A stretch of DNA of 64,000 nt from an uncultured Spirochaetota bacterium. Its GTDB lineage: Bacteria > Spirochaetota > UBA4802 > UBA5550. The translations under genes and the position numbers were made by a program. Positions 58,867 to 64,000 of the stretch are shown in pieces. The first letter of the stretch is position 1; each line of letters opens with the position of its first letter. The notes under the pieces were generated by a model, which saw only the letters and a list, made by a program, of their open reading frames with translations, had not been told where the DNA came from and searched no databases. The DNA lies in assembly GCA_963827275.1 (NCBI GenBank), contig CAWHAA010000004.1, forward strand, positions 64,001 through 128,000, in the 5' to 3' direction.

Positions 58867-60026
58867 TGTTCCTTGTTGGTTACTATGAACGACGTGCAGT
58901 TGCCGCCGAAACCGAAAAAATTCAGCATGAAGGTGCCGCGTGCCACCGGGAGCGGCTCGGTAATCGGCCGCGCGTTTATCTCTTCATCGACCTGCTCGAA
59001 CCCGGGCGTGGCCGGGAAAAAGCCGCGCGTGACGGATTCGGTGATAATGACCAGCTCTATCACGCCGCTGGCCCCCACGGTGTGGCCGATGTAGGGCTTG
59101 ATCCCGGTAAAGGGCGGGAGGTGCCCGCCGAAGGCCATTTTCATGCCGTTGTATTCGGTCACGTCGTTCGCCGGGCTGCCGGTCGCGTGCGCCTTCACCG
59201 CGTCGATGTCGTGCACGGTGAGCCCGCAGTGTTCCAGCGCCTCCCGTATCGTGTGGGCGATATCATCCCCCGCCAGGGTGTGGGTCGTCACGTTGAAGGT
59301 GTCGCAGGCGTTGGAGCCCCCGAGGAAGCGGAACTCCCGCCCGGCCGCGCGGTTCCTGTCCAGCACCACGGCGCCGCACCCTTCCCCCATGATGATGCCG
59401 ATCCTGTTCTTGTCGAAGGGGCGGTAGGTGAAGGGCTCGATGAGCTTCATCGATTCAAAGCCGTAAAAGCCGACTTCGTTGTAGAGGTCGTACCCGATAA
59501 CTATCGCCCGCTCGATGCGCCCCGCCCTGATCATGGAGGCGGCATAGAGAAGGCAGTTCGCGCTCGAGGTGCAGGCGGTGGTGAAGGTGTAGCACGGCCC
59601 CGCGACGCCGAAGCGCTCCGCGACCGCGTTTACGATCTTTCCGTAGCCGGGGGATTCGTTCGACAGGTTCTTCGCGCCGTTGGTGCCCTGTTTCCGGTAG
59701 GCCTCTTCGAAGACGGGAATATCGATGGACGTCGATCCGAAAAACAGGGCGCTGGCCCTGGTTTCGTCTTCGGTCAGGCCCGCGTCGCGAACCGCCCGGG
59801 CGACCGTGTCAAACAGGACCTCGTAAAAATAGCCTTCAAGGTCCGCGCTGCGCTTCCCGTCTCCGCCGGGAATCCGGTAATAGGGGCGCGTGTAGTCGAG
59901 CGCGGCGATGCGGATGGGGAGGGCGACGGTCGTGCATTCGCCGCGCCTGACGCGCGCGATGATGTCGTCGATCTCATCGCCGAGGGAGCAGGTGACCGCC
60001 CTGCCGCGGATGAACACGTCGTGCAT
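58863..60026 (-). CDS. beta-ketoacyl-ACP synthase
   Basis: TACTSS, KAHATGS, KPYIGH and NFFGFGG. Confidence 0.9.
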   Translation of the reverse strand: MHDVFIRGRAVTCSLGDEIDDIIARVRRGECTTVALPIRIAALDYTRPYYRIPGGDGKRSADLEGYFYEVLFDTVARAVRDAGLTEDETRASALFFGSTSIDIPVFEEAYRKQGTNGAKNLSNESPGYGKIVNAVAERFGVAGPCYTFTTACTSSANCLLYAASMIRAGRIERAIVIGYDLYNEVGFYGFESMKLIEPFTYRPFDKNRIGIIMGEGCGAVVLDRNRAAGREFRFLGGSNACDTFNVTTHTLAGDDIAHTIREALEHCGLTVHDIDAVKAHATGSPANDVTEYNGMKMAFGGHLPPFTGIKPYIGHTVGASGVIELVIITESVTRGFFPATPGFEQVDEEINARPITEPLPVARGTFMLNFFGFGGNCTSFIVTNKEQ

Positions 60027-60032
60027 GGCGCC

Positions 60033-60299
60033 TCACTCCGGCCGGATATGGTCCGCGAAGGTGTTGATCGATTTCATCACCCTCCGGAGCACCTTGCTGT
60101 CGGTGATGACCACGCCGTACTTGTTCTGGACCGCTATCGATATCTGCAGCGCGTCGACCGAATCCAGGCCGATCGGGGAATCTGACCCGAACAGCGGATC
60201 GTCATCGTTGATGTCGTCAGCGGTGATTTCGAGGTCGCACTCGTCGATGATCAGCTCTTTCAGCTCCCGTTTGAATTTTTCGTCTGATGATCCTTTCAT
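60033..60299 (-). CDS. acyl carrier protein
   Basis: IGLDSVDALQI; start chosen from AAGGA RBS spacing. Confidence 0.92.
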   Translation of the reverse strand: MKGSSDEKFKRELKELIIDECDLEITADDINDDDPLFGSDSPIGLDSVDALQISIAVQNKYGVVITDSKVLRRVMKSINTFADHIRPE

Positions 60300-60313
60300 G
60301 GTCATTCCTTTGG

Positions 60314-61528
60314 TTATATTATTTTTTTCTTTAATATAATACCCGTTGCCGCGAGCATTATGGCGCTCGTTGCCAGCAGCAGGGCGCATTCCGTGACGAT
60401 GTCAGCGATCCCGCCGTTCCTGAGCATGATGTCGAGGAAGCCCTCGAGCCCCCACGACAGGGGGGACATGACCGAGAGGTTCTGCATGGCCGCCGGCATG
60501 ACGAATTTCGGTACCATGATCCCGCCGATGGCGGAAAAGATTATTATGAGTATGACCCCGAGCGATCCCGCCATCTGGGTGTTTTTCGACACGGCGGAGA
60601 TCAGCAGCCCGTAGGAGATCGAATTGCACCCGACGCAGGAGGCGATCAGGAAGAGGCCGGCCGGGGAATCGCCGAACCGGATGATGTCGCCCCCGAGCAG
60701 GGGGACCAGGAAGCGGCCCACGCAGAGCATGCAGGCGACCTGTACCATGCTGATGAGGTAATATGAGATGAGCTTGCCGCCTATCAGGTAGCGGTTGCGT
60801 ATGTTGATGCTTCTCATGCGCGCCAGAGTGCCGTTGTTCTTTTCCGTGTGAAATATGAGCGAGATCGGCATCACGATAAAGTACATTGAAAAGACGAGCC
60901 ATGCGGGCACGCTCTGCTGCGCCGCGTTCGGCATCACGGGATCGCGCCTGTTTTTCAGGACATACCGTGTGCCGACCATGGTGTCAGGCGGCGGCATGAA
61001 GTTTTCTTTTGATATCCCGACATATGACATGAGCGCGCCGTTTTTGTCAAAGAAGGCGTGCGTCCGCTGCTTCAAAAATTCCATGGCCAGCTGGTTCCTG
61101 ACCCCCATCTGGATTGAGGCCTGGATCGCCGGCTCGATATACATGGTCATCGGCGGCGTCCGGGGCGTTTTGTTGATATCCCTGAATGAAGCGGAAAAGT
61201 CCCTGTTGATGACGAGGCCGAAATTATAATCGCCTTTCAGTATGCTGCCCGTGAGCCCGTCGATCGACCGGCCGGTTTTTGCTTCACTTATTGAAATATT
61301 GTCCGCCTGTTTCAGGCTGGTGAAAAAACGTCTCGACTCGGGGCTGTCGTCGAGGTCGGCGGCGATGATCGCGATTTTGAATTCGGAGCCGGGCTGAAAC
61401 AGGGCCTGCATCGACAGCGACATCACCAGGATGAAGGTCGCCGGCATCAGGATGAGCAGAAAAAGCGATTGTACGTCCCGCGTGATCTCCAGGACCTCTT
61501 TTTTTATGATGCCGGCGAGCAGCTTCAT
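60314..61528 (-). CDS. ABC-2 type exporter permease
   Basis: N-terminal TM, large loop, QQSVPAW, EKNNGTL, GGIMVP and SPLSW. Confidence 0.9.
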   Translation of the reverse strand: MKLLAGIIKKEVLEITRDVQSLFLLILMPATFILVMSLSMQALFQPGSEFKIAIIAADLDDSPESRRFFTSLKQADNISISEAKTGRSIDGLTGSILKGDYNFGLVINRDFSASFRDINKTPRTPPMTMYIEPAIQASIQMGVRNQLAMEFLKQRTHAFFDKNGALMSYVGISKENFMPPPDTMVGTRYVLKNRRDPVMPNAAQQSVPAWLVFSMYFIVMPISLIFHTEKNNGTLARMRSINIRNRYLIGGKLISYYLISMVQVACMLCVGRFLVPLLGGDIIRFGDSPAGLFLIASCVGCNSISYGLLISAVSKNTQMAGSLGVILIIIFSAIGGIMVPKFVMPAAMQNLSVMSPLSWGLEGFLDIMLRNGGIADIVTECALLLATSAIMLAATGIILKKKII

Positions 61529-62448
61529 TCGGCGTCCCTCAGCTCTTTGCTTGTCAGGCGCAGGTAGAGCTCTTCAAGCCGGTTGGTATTGAACTGCATG
61601 TTCAGTATGCCGGCGCCGTTGTCACGCAGTATCGACGTGACCAGTATGATGTTTGAATAGAGCAGGTCGTCCTTCTCGATAAATATAACGCCCGCCTCGC
61701 AGGTGACGCCCGGCAGGTTGTTCAGTGCTTCCGCCGCGGCTGGGCCGGTTGGACCGGCATGCACCATGAGGGCGTCGCGCGAGGAGAGGATGTTCTGTTT
61801 CCTGTCGCTCAGGATGATCTTCCCCCGGTCGATAATGACGATGTCGTCGGATATCTGCTCGATCTCGCTGATGTAGTGGGAGGTATAGACGATGGTCGTG
61901 TGCTGCTCGGCGTTTATCCTCCGTATCGTGTCGAGCATGTAGTGCCGGGAATGGGCGTCCACCCCCACGGTCGGCTCGTCGAGGTAGAGTATCTTCGGCT
62001 CGTTCAGCAGCCCGATCGCGAGGTTCAGCCGCCGCTGCATCCCGCCCGAGTATTTTCCCGCGCGCTTGCCGATGAAGGAGTGCAGGGACGCCGCCTCTAT
62101 TGAAAAATCGATCCTCTCCTTCAGGCGTTTCCCCCTGAGGCCGTACAGGGTGCCGAAGTATTCGAGGTTCTCATAGGCGGTGAGCAGGGGATACAGGGCC
62201 AGCGTCTGGGGGACGATCCCGGTGATCGATTTTATCTCATCCGGATTTTTGTCCAGGTCCAGGCCCTGCACGAGCACGCGGCCGCCCTCTTTTTTCAATA
62301 TGCCGGTCAGGATTGACACCAGGGTCGTCTTGCCCGCCCCATTGGGGCCGAGCAGGCCCGTCACGGAACCCTCCCTGATGTCCAGGTCAATACGGTCCAG
62401 CGCGGTGATGTCATCGTAGGATTTGAAAAGCTTTCGTATCTGTATCAT
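61525..62448 (-). CDS. ABC exporter ATP-binding protein
   Basis: GPNGAGKTT, YSGGM, LDEPT and SH. Confidence 0.94.
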   Translation of the reverse strand: MIQIRKLFKSYDDITALDRIDLDIREGSVTGLLGPNGAGKTTLVSILTGILKKEGGRVLVQGLDLDKNPDEIKSITGIVPQTLALYPLLTAYENLEYFGTLYGLRGKRLKERIDFSIEAASLHSFIGKRAGKYSGGMQRRLNLAIGLLNEPKILYLDEPTVGVDAHSRHYMLDTIRRINAEQHTTIVYTSHYISEIEQISDDIVIIDRGKIILSDRKQNILSSRDALMVHAGPTGPAAAEALNNLPGVTCEAGVIFIEKDDLLYSNIILVTSILRDNGAGILNMQFNTNRLEELYLRLTSKELRDAE

Positions 62449-62751
62449 GAAGTGGTTTTTTTAGCTTGGACCTATCATTAATGGAGTTTGGTAAAACTGT
62501 CAACTTATTTACGGGGGGAGTGTCCGGCAGTCATGCCGGGAGAATCGCGCCGCACCATTAATTATATAGGAAAATACACTCTCATGGGCTGCGGCCTATG
62601 CGACTGAATGAGCTTTATCTGAAGTTGCTCCCTCTCAAATTAAGCTTCCTCCAGCAGAAAAAATTCGCCGTACAACGGATAAAGCCACCCGTCCGTTAAT
62701 TGATAAAGACAGGTTGTCTGGGTGAGAGGTGTTATTTCTGTTTGAGAAAAG

Positions 62752-63234
62752 CTATCGTGAATCCCGCCTGGCCTGATCTCTTCTGTTACGGGAGGATATG
62801 TGCCCTTTTATTCCCGCGGGGATGCCGGTCTTTTTTGGTTTAACCGGAGTCGTCGGAAGATTTTCCGTCCTGGATATTTTTGACGTTCTTTTTATGTCTG
62901 ATTTTGACTTTTTGAGAATATTCACAAGCGTTAATGCTTTTTTTCTCGTCGCTTCACGTTCAAGTACGCGCTGTCTGTTTTTAAAGGACGTACGAACCTC
63001 GGCAAACAGCCCGGCTTTTTCCGTTGACCGTACGGCCGCTTCACGGTCGTTGGCCACGCGTTTTTGTTTTCTGGAAAGATCCATCCATTTTTTTGCGAGC
63101 CGGTCTGCTGCAGCGGCCTTGGTTTTAATCCGTGCCAGTGAAAACGAGCTAATTTTTCCGGGTAGGCTTTCCTGCACGAGCTTCCATTCTGGGACCGAGC
63201 AGATTGCTTTGAATTTTTTATCTTGGTTATTCAT
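62752..63234 (-). CDS. basic hypothetical protein
   Basis: 160-aa Lys/Arg-rich ORF in a lower-GC stretch; GAAGGT RBS. Confidence 0.55.
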   Translation of the reverse strand: MNNQDKKFKAICSVPEWKLVQESLPGKISSFSLARIKTKAAAADRLAKKWMDLSRKQKRVANDREAAVRSTEKAGLFAEVRTSFKNRQRVLEREATRKKALTLVNILKKSKSDIKRTSKISRTENLPTTPVKPKKTGIPAGIKGHISSRNRRDQARRDSR

Positions 63235-63423
63235 GGCTACACCTTCCGTGCGAATGTATTTCCGCTTATAAAAAATATCGAACGTTAAAGGAGCGCACCG
63301 TCTTTTCCATGGTTTGAATTTATCATAAAACCATCTCACTGTCAAGCGCCGTTTCTAAACGGCAATAATATAAGTGCTTTGACCATATAGGAATCGATAA
63401 ATTCTGAAGTCGGTAGTGATCTT

Positions 63424-63999
63424 TTACTTCCAGAGTGTCCACGACGCGCCGAAGGCCTCCTCGCACCTGCGGCACGCGAGCGCGAGCCCCCGCACCAGGT
63501 GCGCCCGGAGCTCCCCCGCCGAGGGGATGGTCCAGTCGACGAGGCCGGAATCGATCCCGTCGCGGAAGGCGCGCGCCTTTTCGATGTAAGCGTCGGCAAA
63601 TCCGCTGCGCAGCTCTTCCGCGCGTTCCGGTTCGCCCCGGTCCACCAGCCGGGCATACTTCTTTCCGTAGAGGAGGTCGAAGGCGGCATCGACGCCGATG
63701 ACCGCCATGATCGCTTGTTCCAGCGCGAGGTAGACGATGCCGGGCCGCAGGAACTTGTTGAACGCGTGGATCAGGCGCCCGCCGTAGTTCTGGTTCAGCA
63801 CCACGCTCACCACCGGGATGGTGCCGAGCACGTTCGCGTCCAGCGACTCGGCGCCTATGGCCTGGATCCGGAAGCGCTCCTGCTGGGAGCCGGGCACGAA
63901 CCCGGATGAATTTGAAAGCATCACGAGCGGTATCCGCGCGCGGTTCAGGAACTCGGTGAAGACGCGGAACTTCTCCGTGCCGAAGGCGTCGGCGCCGCC
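63424..63999 (-). CDS. acyl-CoA carboxylase carboxyltransferase domain (partial, C-terminal part)
   Basis: Frame open to the window end: GGADAFGTEKF...IPLVMLSNSSGFVPGSQQE...NYGG...MAVIG. Confidence 0.75.
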   Translation of the reverse strand, partial: GGADAFGTEKFRVFTEFLNRARIPLVMLSNSSGFVPGSQQERFRIQAIGAESLDANVLGTIPVVSVVLNQNYGGRLIHAFNKFLRPGIVYLALEQAIMAVIGVDAAFDLLYGKKYARLVDRGEPERAEELRSGFADAYIEKARAFRDGIDSGLVDWTIPSAGELRAHLVRGLALACRRCEEAFGASWTLWK

Positions 64000-64000
64000 G

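Noticed and set aside
62449..62751. Possible ncRNA or riboswitch in long intergenic regions (also 380-590, 47851-48100, 53800-54090)
   Set aside because: Only short hairpins seen and no family consensus recognisable by eye; an Infernal/Rfam scan would be needed.

Overview
GC-rich bacterial genomic window, probably an uncultured Spirochaetota-like anaerobe (inferred from the gene repertoire, not verified). It opens with a partial rpiB, an intergenic DnaA-box cluster (no dnaA in the window), a crotonase, an M23 peptidase and a ~1900-aa SprA/Sov-like protein with one frameshift, then DHH, SpoIIE and LytS/LytTR signalling genes. From ~14.9 to 62.4 kb lies a large, interrupted type II FAS/PKS specialty-lipid cluster resembling aryl-polyene/flexirubin clusters and ladderane-type radical-SAM clusters. 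It has 5 radical SAM enzymes (3 B12-binding), 4 catalytic ketosynthases (one fused to a chain-length-factor-like domain) plus a free CLF-like protein, 3 ACPs, FabD, FabG, PlsY, an acyl-CoA ligase, a thioesterase, a PKS-dehydratase/PPTase fusion, a LolA-like carrier, two BtrH-like cassettes and an ABC exporter. Embedded at ~46.1-53.5 kb is a lower-GC module I cannot assign to a described system: an unknown domain fused to HU/IHF, a divergently encoded free paralog of that domain, a PPP-type metallophosphatase, a membrane Ser/Thr kinase (five indels), and two membrane proteins with degenerate FHA domains, one carrying a vWA domain. A 26-bp palindromic repeat forms REPIN/MITE-like inverted pairs. 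I saw no rRNA, tRNA, CRISPR array or transposase. All calls come from motif recognition by eye; no searches were run.
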